DNA of 59,244 nt, the filler included. It is 5 parts of 5 records of this genome, joined end to end, with 100 filler letters (N's around TTAATTAATTAA, not from the genome) between each part and the next. Parts side by side here need not be neighbours in the genome. Positions count along the whole stretch, not along the records: positions 7,597 to 36,889 come from SRR2962707_922; 4 more parts are not named here. The stretch is one strand, 5' to 3'. The notes under the pieces were generated by a model. It worked only from the letters and a program-made list of their open reading frames with translations, was not told where the DNA came from and made no database searches. The position numbers and the translations under genes are program-made. Numbering within the stretch: position 1 is the stretch's first letter; every line of letters starts with the position of its first letter. Shown here piece by piece: positions 11,379-21,020 of this stretch.

Positions 11379-12134
11379 CTACTGGGCCACGTAGCCACCA
11401 TCGACGAGGTGGTAGCTACCGGTGATGAACGAGGCCTCATCCGACAACAAGAAACAGGTCAGCGCCGCAACCTCCTCGGAGCGGCCCAGCCGCCCGATTG
11501 GATGCATTCCGGCGATTGCGCCGAGTGTGGCTGCATCGAGGTTTTTCGAGAGCAGTGGCGTGTCGATAAAGCCCGGTCCCACCGAATTAATGCGGATGCC
11601 CTTGGCCGCATACTCGACGGCCGCGGCCTTGGTCAGGCCCAGCACGCCGTGTTTTGCGGCGACATAGGCAGACGAATTGGCGAAGCCGACCGAGCCAAGA
11701 ATGGAGGCCATGTTGACGATGGCACCGCCACCGGCGCGCAGCATCGCGGTAATCTCATATTTCGTGCAGAAGAAGACCGCGTTGAGATTGACGTCGATGA
11801 CCTTCTGCCAGCCATCGAGTGGATAGTCGCCCGTTGGTGCGCTTGGCCCTCCAATGCCGGCATTGTTGACCGCCAGATGCAGGGCGCCATAAGTGCGCTC
11901 GGCGAACGACACCATTGCTTCTACTTCCATTGGATCGGCGACATTGAGTTCGAAGGGTGATGCGATGCCGCCAGCCTTTTCAATGGCCCGAACGACAGCC
12001 TCCGCACCGGACGCGTCCAGGTCGGCAACAAGAACCTTGGCCCCTTCTTTGGCGAGTTGCAGCGCGACTGCCTCGCCGAGGCCGGACGCGCCCCCCGTGA
12101 CCAGGGCAACCTTCGTTTCAAATCTCATGCTCAC
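11379..12134 (-). CDS. Short-chain dehydrogenase/reductase
   Basis: TGGASGLG, NNAG, YVAAK, PGFIDT. Confidence 0.95.
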   Translation of the reverse strand: MSMRFETKVALVTGGASGLGEAVALQLAKEGAKVLVADLDASGAEAVVRAIEKAGGIASPFELNVADPMEVEAMVSFAERTYGALHLAVNNAGIGGPSAPTGDYPLDGWQKVIDVNLNAVFFCTKYEITAMLRAGGGAIVNMASILGSVGFANSSAYVAAKHGVLGLTKAAAVEYAAKGIRINSVGPGFIDTPLLSKNLDAATLGAIAGMHPIGRLGRSEEVAALTCFLLSDEASFITGSYHLVDGGYVAQ

Positions 12135-12138
12135 TGGC

Positions 12139-12501
12139 TCAGTCCTTTGTGTTGCTCGGCAGGGACGAACCGGCCTGCGCCGGTTCGAGTGTCTTGAGGT
12201 AAGCGATTATGGCTGATGCCTGATCAGGATCAAATTCGAACGGCGGCATTTCAGGATGCGCCGTGACGATGCCTTCCACCAGAGCCTCGGCAAGGTGCTC
12301 GACGTCGTAGCGCAGGTGGAGATCTCGAAATCTCGGCGCGATGGCCAGCGGGCTTTCGCCGGTCATCTCCGTTGCATGGCAATCGGTGCAGTACATCTGC
12401 ACAAGAACCTGGCCCGCGACCACTGCGTCATCGGCCAGGGTCGGAACAGCAGCAGAGGTAAGGAGCATTACTCCAATGGTTAGCCGGACCAAGCCGTTCA
12501 T
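12139..12501 (-). CDS. Small periplasmic monoheme cytochrome c
   Basis: Signal peptide, CTDCH, distal HPEMP. Confidence 0.9.
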   Translation of the reverse strand: MNGLVRLTIGVMLLTSAAVPTLADDAVVAGQVLVQMYCTDCHATEMTGESPLAIAPRFRDLHLRYDVEHLAEALVEGIVTAHPEMPPFEFDPDQASAIIAYLKTLEPAQAGSSLPSNTKD

Positions 12502-12899
12502 GCTGAAGCGATCGCGCGCTCGACCTCTGTCATAGAATGCCCTGTCAGATCCTTGGCAATCTCACCCTGGAGCAGGGCTACCAGGGTCTTGTGATAGTGC
12601 TTGCGCATTTCACCGAGCGCGCGCGGCGCGGCAATGATGACCAGCCCCTTGATGGCGCCGCTCAGAACCTGCTGGTTGAGATAGTCGACCGTGCCGGCCG
12701 AAAATCCGTCTTCGCCGGCTTGGCCGTGATCGGGGTTGCCCGAACTGTTCTGGTGCCCGCCACTCGTGCTGGCGCTACTTTCGATGGCAAGGCGCGGCAG
12801 TGCTTCGAGCTTGAGGCCGGCCTCGTCACCGGAGTTGCGGAACAGGTTGAATTTTTCGCCGTCGGCAACGGCGATTGTCGTGCCCTTTGCAAGCATCAT
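12498..12899 (-). CDS. Host-attachment family protein (AtsE/baeRF12-like)
   Basis: VADGEK..LFRN, LVIIAAPRALGEMRK, EIAKDLT; AGGAG RBS. Confidence 0.85.
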   Translation of the reverse strand: MMLAKGTTIAVADGEKFNLFRNSGDEAGLKLEALPRLAIESSASTSGGHQNSSGNPDHGQAGEDGFSAGTVDYLNQQVLSGAIKGLVIIAAPRALGEMRKHYHKTLVALLQGEIAKDLTGHSMTEVERAIASA

Positions 12900-13074
12900 A
12901 GGGAGTCTCCTGGTAGCTAGTGAAAATGACGTGGATAGCCGACCATTCTGCTCTCGCTGCCCGAGGTTGCCGGTCGCAAAGCGGACCGGTCAGGTGACCT
13001 CGTGAACTGCCTGACTACAGTGCGCCACAACCTGAATGGTTGCGGCAGCATGTCAGCAACAGCCAAGAGCCGCA

Positions 13075-13088
13075 TTGTCCTGGATCAA
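13075..13088. promoter_or_regulatory. Imperfect FixK/FNR box upstream of the host-attachment operon
   Basis: TTGTC-ctgg-ATCAA; one perfect half-site; same form as the box at 28218. Confidence 0.5.
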
Positions 13089-13146
13089 GTGAGCGAACTA
13101 AGTTGAGCACATGTAGATCGACCGACGGTCGCCGACGGCTAAACGC

Positions 13147-13341
13147 TCACCCCGAACAGGCGGCCAATGAGTGCCGTGACAGCCTCGACCATCTGTGGCC
13201 AACAGATGGAACAAACAGTTCAAGGGGACAAACTTCTGCGTGGCTCGCGAAAGTCGCTGCAAGCCGGAGCAAGCTACTGACCGTGTCAGGTGCATCTGGG
13301 GTCGGATAGGCTTGCAGCGGGAAGAGAACGTCACTTAGCAT
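13147..13341 (-). pseudogene. Truncated universal stress protein (N-terminal remnant)
   Basis: MLSDVLFPLQAYPTPD...LAATFASH resembles rhizobial USP N-termini; GGAG RBS; stops after 64 aa. Confidence 0.55.
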
Positions 13342-13395
13342 AGCGCTTACTCCAAAAGTGGCTCAGCTAACCTAAAGGGCCACTCTCGAACGCCT

Positions 13396-13409
13396 TTGAT
13401 TTCAATCAA
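13396..13409. promoter_or_regulatory. FixK/FNR box (perfect consensus)
   Basis: TTGAT-ttca-ATCAA, 55 bp upstream of the 13341 start. Confidence 0.85.
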
Positions 13410-13522
13410 TCCATCGAAGAGAATGTTTGTTGGATGTCGGCACGCACACTCGTTCGGCACCCCACAGCTTGCCCTTGCCTGAGTGGCCTTGAGCTTGATT
13501 GGGCCTCGCACTTCGCTCCAGT

Positions 13523-15325
13523 TCACAGCGGCCAGAAAAACAGGATCGAGGGGACACCGACGGCGATGATGATGGCTTCCAGCGGCAGCCCCATCCGCCA
13601 ATAGTCTCCAAAGCGGTATCCGCCCGGACCCATGATTATCGTATTGTTCTTGTGCCCGATCGGGGTCAGAAAGGCACACGACGCCGCCACGGCCACTGCC
13701 ATCAGGAAGGGGTCGGGCGAGACCTCCAGGGTCTGGGCGATGGACAGGCCGACAGGGGCGGCAATCAGCGCGGTGGCCACGTTGTTGAGGAAGTCGGAGA
13801 GGGTCATCGTGACTATCATCAGCAATGTCAGAATGGCCCAGGTCGGCAATGTGCCTGTGAGCGAAACTATGCCGTTTGCAATCAGCTCGGTTCCACCGGA
13901 GGTTTCGAGGGCCAGCCCGAGCGGGATCAGCGAGGCCAGCAGGACAATGATCGGCCATTCCACCGATTCATAGACTTCGCGCGGGCCAATAATGTTGAAC
14001 AAGGCGTAGATGCTAACGACCATGGCCAGGGCAACAGCCAGTGAAAACAGGCCCATCACCGAGCCGGCCACAGCAGCGGCAAACACGGCAATGGCGAACA
14101 GCGCCTTGCTGCGTTGAATGACGGAGTGACTCCTTTCCGCGATGGGAAGCACACCCAGCCAGTCGATCGCGTCGTTCACGCGGTTTTCCGGCCCTAGCAG
14201 CAGCACGACGTCGCCTGGCTGAATCGGCAGTTTCCGAACGCGCTGGCGGAAACGGCGACCCTGCCGGGCGACGCCGAGAAGCGCCACACCACGCCGGTTT
14301 CGCAGGCCCAGGCCAAGAGCGGTGCGGCCGACCATCCGCGCATTGTCTGGAACTATCGCTTCAATCAGGGTGAGGGACTTTCCTCGGAGCCCGACATGAT
14401 CTTCGGTGCCCAGGGTCTCCAGATTTGCCGCCCCGATGAATGCCTCGATGGACTTCGGATCACCCTCAAGGATCAGCATGTCGGCGGCGCGCAACTCGGT
14501 GCTCGCGGAAAAGCCAGGAAGCCGGCGCCCGTTCCGCACTATCCCCAGAAGGGTGATGTCGTGCTCTTCGGCCAATGGCAGGAGATCGTCCGGAGTTTTG
14601 CCGAGGCTCTTGGACTCCTCCCCCAACACCGCTTCGGCCACGAACAATCCCTTGTCCTGTTCATGGCCCGCGACGGCGGCTCCAGCGGCAGGCAGCAGGC
14701 GCCAGCCGATCAGGGTGACAAAGGCAATACCCACCAAGGCGCAAGTCAGGCCGACCGGCGTGTAGTCGAACATGGAATAGGGTGTGCCCAGCGTGCGCTC
14801 GCGAAATTGCGAGACGACAATATTGGGCGGCGTTCCGATGAGAGTGATCATGCCACCCAAAATTGTGGCGAAGGACAAGGGCATCAGCGAGCGAGCGACA
14901 GAGCGCTTGCCCTTCTTGGCAGCCTCGATATCGAGCGACATGAGCATGACCAGGGCCGCCACATTGTTGATGATCGCCGAGAGGGCCGCCCCGACGATCG
15001 ACATGATGCCAATGTGGCTGGACAGAGCTCGATCAGACGAAATCACCAGCCTGGCGATCAGCTCAACAGCGCCGGCATTGGCGAGGGCCCGCGATACGAT
15101 CAGGACCAATGCGATGATGACGACAGCTTCCTGCCCGAAGCCGGCAAATGCCTGATCTGGCGGCACGACGCCGGCGACGACGGCGATGAGCAAAGCCGCG
15201 AAAGCCACGAGATCATATCGAACCCGCCCCCAGACCAGGAACGCGAACACCAGGCCCATGAGAACAAAGAGAAATATCTGGTCATAGGTCACGTGTTTCG
15301 ATTGCTCCAGTCCGGTTGACGGCAA
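13523..15325 (-). CDS. SLC13/CitMHS-family transporter with TrkA-C domains
   Basis: TLIGTPPN, two central TrkA-C-like repeats, FLTPIGHKNN, GGYRFGDY. Start may be slightly downstream. Confidence 0.9.
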   Translation of the reverse strand: MPSTGLEQSKHVTYDQIFLFVLMGLVFAFLVWGRVRYDLVAFAALLIAVVAGVVPPDQAFAGFGQEAVVIIALVLIVSRALANAGAVELIARLVISSDRALSSHIGIMSIVGAALSAIINNVAALVMLMSLDIEAAKKGKRSVARSLMPLSFATILGGMITLIGTPPNIVVSQFRERTLGTPYSMFDYTPVGLTCALVGIAFVTLIGWRLLPAAGAAVAGHEQDKGLFVAEAVLGEESKSLGKTPDDLLPLAEEHDITLLGIVRNGRRLPGFSASTELRAADMLILEGDPKSIEAFIGAANLETLGTEDHVGLRGKSLTLIEAIVPDNARMVGRTALGLGLRNRRGVALLGVARQGRRFRQRVRKLPIQPGDVVLLLGPENRVNDAIDWLGVLPIAERSHSVIQRSKALFAIAVFAAAVAGSVMGLFSLAVALAMVVSIYALFNIIGPREVYESVEWPIIVLLASLIPLGLALETSGGTELIANGIVSLTGTLPTWAILTLLMIVTMTLSDFLNNVATALIAAPVGLSIAQTLEVSPDPFLMAVAVAASCAFLTPIGHKNNTIIMGPGGYRFGDYWRMGLPLEAIIIAVGVPSILFFWPL

Positions 15326-15430
15326 ATCTCTCAGGGACTGCCGATGCTATACTGTCGGGGCGCTGGGGCAAGGAGATGGCGCAGTGCCAAGGTTGCATCC
15401 AGGCGCGCGCCTTGGCGCTTCATACCGCCC

Positions 15431-15832
15431 TCAAGACAGTTGGACAAAAGCCCGCAGCAGGTCCGAACGGCTGAGCAGGCCCACGAGGCGGCCGTCCTCG
15501 ACTACTGGAAAGCGTCGGTACGGTGTGGCCAGAAAACGCTCCGCAGCCGAGACGATGTCGAGCCCGGCATCCAAGGTCTCGGGCGCTCGGGTCATATACT
15601 GGTCCACGGTGCCGCCCCATTCCTTGTAGTAGGCCGCATTTAGTGCCGCCTTGAAGCAATCTTTCTTGGTAAGCATGCCGACAAGCTCGTCGGCCTCCTC
15701 CACCACAGGTGCTCCTGACAGTTTGCGATCGAGCAGCAGCCTGACAGCGTGAAGGATTTCCATGCCGGGCGGCACGGTGAGGACGTCGGTGACCATGAAG
15801 TCGGCTATGGTGCGGCGTTCAGTCATGGGCAT
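15431..15832 (-). CDS. CBS-pair domain protein
   Basis: SGAPVV...LVGMLT and RRFPVVEDGRLVGLLSRSD; RBS before the ATG at 15832. Confidence 0.9.
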   Translation of the reverse strand: MPMTERRTIADFMVTDVLTVPPGMEILHAVRLLLDRKLSGAPVVEEADELVGMLTKKDCFKAALNAAYYKEWGGTVDQYMTRAPETLDAGLDIVSAAERFLATPYRRFPVVEDGRLVGLLSRSDLLRAFVQLS

Positions 15833-16004
15833 TCTCCCCTCCATGCCGATGCGGACAAGCCTCGCAATCAAGCTTGCCGATGCATGACAGGCCTCCGCAG
15901 GACCCCTTGATCGGCGCCCGGCCCGCCATGACCCCGAGTGCCATGGCAGAGACGGCGAGCCCAAAAACCACTAACGCGGACAGAAACACAGCCATCGTCG
16001 CCTC

Positions 16005-16970
16005 CTAGACTTCAACCGCGGCAGAGAAGTCACCCGTGAAGACCGAATGCAGCCTGTCGTCTTCGCGTACGAGAAACAAGGCATCAAGGCCCCGTTGCTC
16101 GGCCAGCGCCACGCCCTTCTCAACACCGGCGGCAGCAAGCGCGGTCGCCCAACCGTCGGCCAGCGCCGGGTCGCGCCCGAGAACGGATACCGAAGCCAGT
16201 CTCGTATCCGCTGCCCGTCCGCTCGCCGGATCGACGATGTGTCCGTAGGATCTGCCGGCATGCGCGTAGCTCTGGACACTGTTGCCGGACGTTGCCACCG
16301 TCCGGCCGTCCAGCCGAAGGATATGGGAAACCCCGCTGCCGCCCGGCATTTCAACGCCCACCTGCCAGCCGCGCCCCTCCGGGTGCTGGCCACGGGAGAT
16401 GACCTCGCCGCCAAGATCGAGCAGATAGTCGGTGACGCCTGACTGCGCCAGCGCTGCCGCCATACGACCGAGAGCCTCGCCCTTGGCGATGCCGCACAGG
16501 TCCACTGTCAACCTGCCCCGATGCTTGCGGACCGCGCCCGGTTGGGCGGCAAGCTCCTCGAAGGATCCAGTGACCCCGCTGATCGGGCCGAAGCCCTGCC
16601 GCGCCACTGCCGGCCCCACTGTCGGTTCGAAGACGCCGCCACAAGCTTGTGCCAGCGTCAGACTTTGCCCGACAAGCGTGCTGAATGCGTCTGGCACCAC
16701 TTGCCAGTCCGTGCCGTCATGGCGGTTGAATTGCGACAATACGCTGTCTGCCCGGTAGGGAGAAAAGAGCTGGTCGACCTCGGCGATGATGTAGGAAAAG
16801 CTTATGCTGACTGCGTCATGATCGATCCCCTGAGGCACGCTCAGCCGCCAATATGAGCCGAAGGCCCTGCCGCCAAGAGTGGCAAGCTGACGCGCCAGCG
16901 CCGGCACGGCACCGGTCACAAGGGTTGCGGCGGAGAGGGCCATGAAATTGCGTCGTGTCAGCATGATCAT
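16005..16970 (-). CDS. apbE: FAD:protein FMN transferase with Tat signal
   Basis: TRRNFM Tat motif, DLCGIAKG, VATSG, HIVDP, ADGWATAL; last gene of the nqr operon. Confidence 0.92.
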   Translation of the reverse strand: MIMLTRRNFMALSAATLVTGAVPALARQLATLGGRAFGSYWRLSVPQGIDHDAVSISFSYIIAEVDQLFSPYRADSVLSQFNRHDGTDWQVVPDAFSTLVGQSLTLAQACGGVFEPTVGPAVARQGFGPISGVTGSFEELAAQPGAVRKHRGRLTVDLCGIAKGEALGRMAAALAQSGVTDYLLDLGGEVISRGQHPEGRGWQVGVEMPGGSGVSHILRLDGRTVATSGNSVQSYAHAGRSYGHIVDPASGRAADTRLASVSVLGRDPALADGWATALAAAGVEKGVALAEQRGLDALFLVREDDRLHSVFTGDFSAAVEV

Positions 16971-18187
16971 ATCCCGAAATCGTCGTTGAAGATGGCGTGC
17001 GGCTCTACCCCGCAGCTGTCGAGCATCCCCAGCACCGCCTGAATCATCAGCGGGGGGCCACAGAGGTAGAATTCGCAGGCCTCGGGCGCCGGGTGGTCCT
17101 TCAGATAGTCACGCAGCACGACTTCGTGGATGAACCCTGTCGCACCGCGCCAATCATCCTCAGGCTGCGGCTCGGAGAGCGCCAGCGTCCATCGGAAATT
17201 GTCATGTGTCCGCGTTAGCGCATCGAACTCGTCCTTGTAGAACACATCGATCCCGCTGCGCGCGCCATACCAGAAGGTGATCTTCCGTTTCGTGCCTGCG
17301 GCGAGCTGTTCATGGATCATTGCCCTCAATGGAGCCATACCGACGCCGCCACCGATGAACACCATCTCGCGGTCCGTATCCTGCACGTGGAAGTCGCCGA
17401 ACGGACCGGACACGGCCACGCTGTCTCCTTGCTGCAGGCCGAAGAGGTATGACGAGACAATGCCGGGCGGCACCCCTTCATCCGCACCGGCCGGCGGCAC
17501 CGCCAGGCGGATATTGAGAACGATCAGCCCCTCGTCCTCGGGGCGGCTCGCAACCGAATAGGCCCGGTGCACCGGCTCCCGGCTGACCGATTTCAGCCGC
17601 CGCCATCCTTGAGTTTCCCAGTGAGAGGCGTAGCCGGGCTCGATCTGGAGTGACGCGAAATCGAGCGTATATGGCGGTGCCTCGATCTGGACATATGACC
17701 CCGCTCGAAACGCGAAGGTCACCGCCTCGGGCACTTCGAGAACCAGCTCCCGGATCAGTGGCGCCAGCATGCGGGCCGAGCGCACCCGCGACGTCCAGCT
17801 CTCGGCGGCGAGAATGTCGTCCGCAACCCCGACGGACAGGGGTCCGCGCACCATCACCTGGCAGGCAAGCCTCTGTCCTTGCTTGAGATCGCTCCGCGAC
17901 AGACGCGCAAGTTCGGTCGGTAGGGGCGCGCCGGCACCGTCGATCACCCTGACCCTGCACAGCCCACAGGTTCCGGCTCCGGCACAGGCCGATGGGACGG
18001 GGATGCCGGCGCCGTTGAGAACGCTGAGGAGCTTCTCTCCGGTGTGACCGGTGATTTCTGTGCCGCCATTGATGGTGATTGGCACCGGTCCAGATGGCGA
18101 AATGACCGACCGCACGCCGATCACCACACCTGACAGGACGAGGATCAGCACAATGATCAGAACCGTGCCGAGCGCGATCTCCATCAT
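16967..18187 (-). CDS. nqrF: Na+-NQR subunit F
   Basis: N-terminal TM helix, [10 protein letters not shown]...RLACQ (2Fe-2S), [22 protein letters not shown]. Confidence 0.96.
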   Translation of the reverse strand: MMEIALGTVLIIVLILVLSGVVIGVRSVISPSGPVPITINGGTEITGHTGEKLLSVLNGAGIPVPSACAGAGTCGLCRVRVIDGAGAPLPTELARLSRSDLKQGQRLACQVMVRGPLSVGVADDILAAESWTSRVRSARMLAPLIRELVLEVPEAVTFAFRAGSYVQIEAPPYTLDFASLQIEPGYASHWETQGWRRLKSVSREPVHRAYSVASRPEDEGLIVLNIRLAVPPAGADEGVPPGIVSSYLFGLQQGDSVAVSGPFGDFHVQDTDREMVFIGGGVGMAPLRAMIHEQLAAGTKRKITFWYGARSGIDVFYKDEFDALTRTHDNFRWTLALSEPQPEDDWRGATGFIHEVVLRDYLKDHPAPEACEFYLCGPPLMIQAVLGMLDSCGVEPHAIFNDDFGI

Positions 18188-18783
18188 AGTTGCACCCCAG
18201 AAAAGGCGGTGAAACCCATCGACATCAGTCCGGTGACGATAAACGCCATACCCAGCCCCCGCAGACCGACAGGAATATCGGCATAGTTCAGCCGCTCGCG
18301 GATCGCGGCCAGCCCCATGATGGCAAGCGCCCAGCCGATACCCCCGCCGAGACCGAAGACGACGCTCTCGGCAAAATCATAGTCGCGCTGTGCCATGAAC
18401 AGGCTGCCCCCGAGAATGGCGCAATTCACGGTGATCAGCGGCAGAAAGATGCCAAGCGCGCGGTAAAGCGCCGGCACGAAGTGATCGAGCGCCATCTCCA
18501 GGACCTGCACCACCGCCGCGATCACCCCGATAAAGGCGATGAGGCTGAGAAAGGTGAGATCGACGCCGCCAAGTCCGAGCCAATCCCAGGCATTGGGCGC
18601 GAGCAGGCGCGAGAGGATCAGGTAGTTGAGCGGTACGGTGATTGTCTGCACCACGATGATCGCAATGCCGAGTCCCATCGCAGTATCGAGCCGCTTGGAC
18701 ACCGCCAGGAAAGTGCAGACCCCTAGAAAAAAGCTGAGGATCAGATTGTCGGCAAAGATCGAGCGAACAAAGAGATCGATCAC
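18184..18783 (-). CDS. nqrE: Na+-NQR subunit E
   Basis: [29 protein letters not shown]. Confidence 0.96.
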   Translation of the reverse strand: MIDLFVRSIFADNLILSFFLGVCTFLAVSKRLDTAMGLGIAIIVVQTITVPLNYLILSRLLAPNAWDWLGLGGVDLTFLSLIAFIGVIAAVVQVLEMALDHFVPALYRALGIFLPLITVNCAILGGSLFMAQRDYDFAESVVFGLGGGIGWALAIMGLAAIRERLNYADIPVGLRGLGMAFIVTGLMSMGFTAFSGVQL

Positions 18784-19436
18784 GGCGCTCTCCTGTTCGG
18801 CTCGATGGAAATCTCATAGTCGGCGGGCTCGATCTGGGCAGGGCGGACCGACCGGATGGCCCAGATCAGAAGTCCGAGCAGGAAGAAGGCGCTGGGCGCC
18901 AGCAGCATCAGATTGAGCGGGGTGAACCAGCCGCCATCATGGATGGTTGGAAACACCGTTTGTCCGAACAGTGTCCCGGCACCGAACAGTTCACGCACAA
19001 AACCGATGAGCAGCAGCACCAGCCCATAGCCGAGCCCATTGCCAAGCGCATCAAGAGCGGAAAGTCCCACCGGATTGCGCATGGCGAAGGCCTCGGCCCG
19101 CCCAAGCACAAGACAATTGGTGACGATCAGGCCCACAAAGATCGAAAGGCGCTGGCTGATGTCGAATGCAAAGGCCTGGATCGCTTGGTCGGCGACGATC
19201 ACCAGCGATGCGATGATGGTGATCTGCAGGATGAGGCGGATGGAGCTGGGGATATGGTGCCTGATCGCGCTGATGATCATGCTGGAGGCAACAAGCACCA
19301 CAATCAGTGCCAGCGACATTACCAATGCCGTCGTCATCGAGGTTGTGACCGCTAGGGCCGAACAGATGCCTAGAATCTGCAGGGTGACCGGATTGTTGTC
19401 GATCAAGGGAGCGTAAAGATGCTGCAGCCGCTTCAT
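18780..19436 (-). CDS. nqrD: Na+-NQR subunit D
   Basis: [36 protein letters not shown] overlap with nqrC. Confidence 0.96.
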   Translation of the reverse strand: MKRLQHLYAPLIDNNPVTLQILGICSALAVTTSMTTALVMSLALIVVLVASSMIISAIRHHIPSSIRLILQITIIASLVIVADQAIQAFAFDISQRLSIFVGLIVTNCLVLGRAEAFAMRNPVGLSALDALGNGLGYGLVLLLIGFVRELFGAGTLFGQTVFPTIHDGGWFTPLNLMLLAPSAFFLLGLLIWAIRSVRPAQIEPADYEISIEPNRRAP

Positions 19437-20242
19437 TGCAGTCCCGTCCCTTGCCGCAGATTGGCCAGCACATCTTCGAAGCCGTATTCGCCGAGCCAGA
19501 AATGGATCGCGGCGGTGATGGCGTTGCCGGTGCGGGTCGCCCCGGTGATGCCATCCACCTCGAATGCGCTGGTCGCCCGGCCCCTGACGACCGACAGCCT
19601 GATCTCGCCATCCTCTCCGGCGAGTTCCTTGCCCGGCCACAGTGCCTGCCAGGCGGGCTCCTCGATCCGAGCGCCCAAGCCTGGGGTCTCACCCTGTTCG
19701 ATGATCGAGAGCCCGGCCACAGTATTGAGATCGCCCTCAAGGGCCAGATGTGCCCGAATGGTTGATTGATAGCCAACCGCCCAGATCGGCAGGATCACCA
19801 GGCGCAATTCACTGTCTGCACGCAGGATGTGGATAGGGGCCAGGTCGGCCCGGCGCCCGAGGCCGGCTATGTCCGCCTCGCTGGGTATGGCAGAGGACGT
19901 TTCGGGGTCTTCCGCCGCCGCTGCGATATCAAAGGTGGCCGGGTCGATATCGGTCGGCTCACCGGTCTCGAGGTCGACGACGACCGTTTCGAGGCTGTCC
20001 GCGCCATATTGGGCGACAATGTCGGCGAGGCCGGGCATGCTCTCGAGCATTGCGGCCAACCGCGCTTCCCGTTCGGCCGTGAGATTGGCATCCCGCATCG
20101 GCGCCAGCAGCACGGCAGCGCTCGAAACGAGCAACGCGCAAATGCCCGACACGATGAACGCCATGGAGATCGTCTTTGTCCGGCTCTCATTGGGCAGGGC
20201 CAGGAGTCGCGCCCACCAGTTCAGTGGATTGAGATCAGGCAT
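19433..20242 (-). CDS. nqrC: Na+-NQR subunit C
   Basis: N-terminal TM helix, GETPGLG, flavinylation motif DGITGATRT. Confidence 0.95.
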   Translation of the reverse strand: MPDLNPLNWWARLLALPNESRTKTISMAFIVSGICALLVSSAAVLLAPMRDANLTAEREARLAAMLESMPGLADIVAQYGADSLETVVVDLETGEPTDIDPATFDIAAAAEDPETSSAIPSEADIAGLGRRADLAPIHILRADSELRLVILPIWAVGYQSTIRAHLALEGDLNTVAGLSIIEQGETPGLGARIEEPAWQALWPGKELAGEDGEIRLSVVRGRATSAFEVDGITGATRTGNAITAAIHFWLGEYGFEDVLANLRQGTGLQ

Positions 20243-21020
20243 GGCCGCCCCTCCATTTTCGCGTTACCACCGCGATTGCGGCCGCATCGAGCAGTGGCGC
20301 AAAGAGCGAGGCAAGCAGGGTGGCGAACACCACCGCCTGCGGCGCATCTATGCCTGCATCCGCCCAGCCGAAGATCGCAACCAGTGCTCCGGCCAGCGCG
20401 CCATATGCCCAGCGCCCCATTCTGGTGGACGCCGAGGCGACCGGGTCGCCGATCAGGAAAACCAGTCCAAAGACAAGGCTGCCTTCAAGAAACGGCGCCG
20501 CAGGGTCTTGGCCGAGCGCAAACGTAGCCAGCACCAACCCCATGGTCGCTGCCACAGCGATCCGCCACGAAAGCACGCCCATCACCAGCAGAAGAAGCGC
20601 GCCGAAGCCCGCCGCAACCGCAACCAGCGGACCGGTGCCGGTGTGCAGTACTTCGGGGAAGGCGAAATAGAAGAAGGCCAAGGTGACCACGCCTGCATTG
20701 ACGACATTGCGCCCCCAGCCGCCGAATATCTGTTCACCCATGACGGTGCCGAAGCTGGCTGCAAGCACGATCTGCCACATCTCGGTGGTACCCGACGCCA
20801 GCACGGCAACCGCAAAGGCGGTGACCAGCGCGATGGGGGACAGCGGCTGGGCCCGTGTGAACAGGAATACGCCTTGCCAAAAGCTGATCACCGCAAGCGC
20901 CACACCGAAGCGCTGCATGGTGGCAAATCCGAGATCCAGGCTCGCGGCCACTACCACCGGAAGCATCGCCGAGACGATGATCCAGGAAACGGTATCCCTG
21001 TGCCAGATGCCGCGCATCAC
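20235..21020 (-). CDS. nqrB: Short NqrB/RnfD-family subunit (261 aa)
   Basis: IFGGWGRN, AFFYFAFP, SWRI, GDPVASA, WAYG, LFAPLLD; lies between nqrA and nqrC; no (S/T)GAT motif. Confidence 0.88.
   Translation of the reverse strand: MMRGIWHRDTVSWIIVSAMLPVVVAASLDLGFATMQRFGVALAVISFWQGVFLFTRAQPLSPIALVTAFAVAVLASGTTEMWQIVLAASFGTVMGEQIFGGWGRNVVNAGVVTLAFFYFAFPEVLHTGTGPLVAVAAGFGALLLLVMGVLSWRIAVAATMGLVLATFALGQDPAAPFLEGSLVFGLVFLIGDPVASASTRMGRWAYGALAGALVAIFGWADAGIDAPQAVVFATLLASLFAPLLDAAAIAVVTRKWRGGHA

Noticed and set aside
12220-12233. CTGAT-cagg-ATCAA FNR-like box
   Set aside because: Lies inside the cytochrome c coding sequence in mid-operon; probably chance.
18780-19640. 286-aa extended NqrD from the ORF track
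   Set aside because: The extension overlaps nqrC out of frame; the real start is the ATG at 19436 (ATGA coupling).
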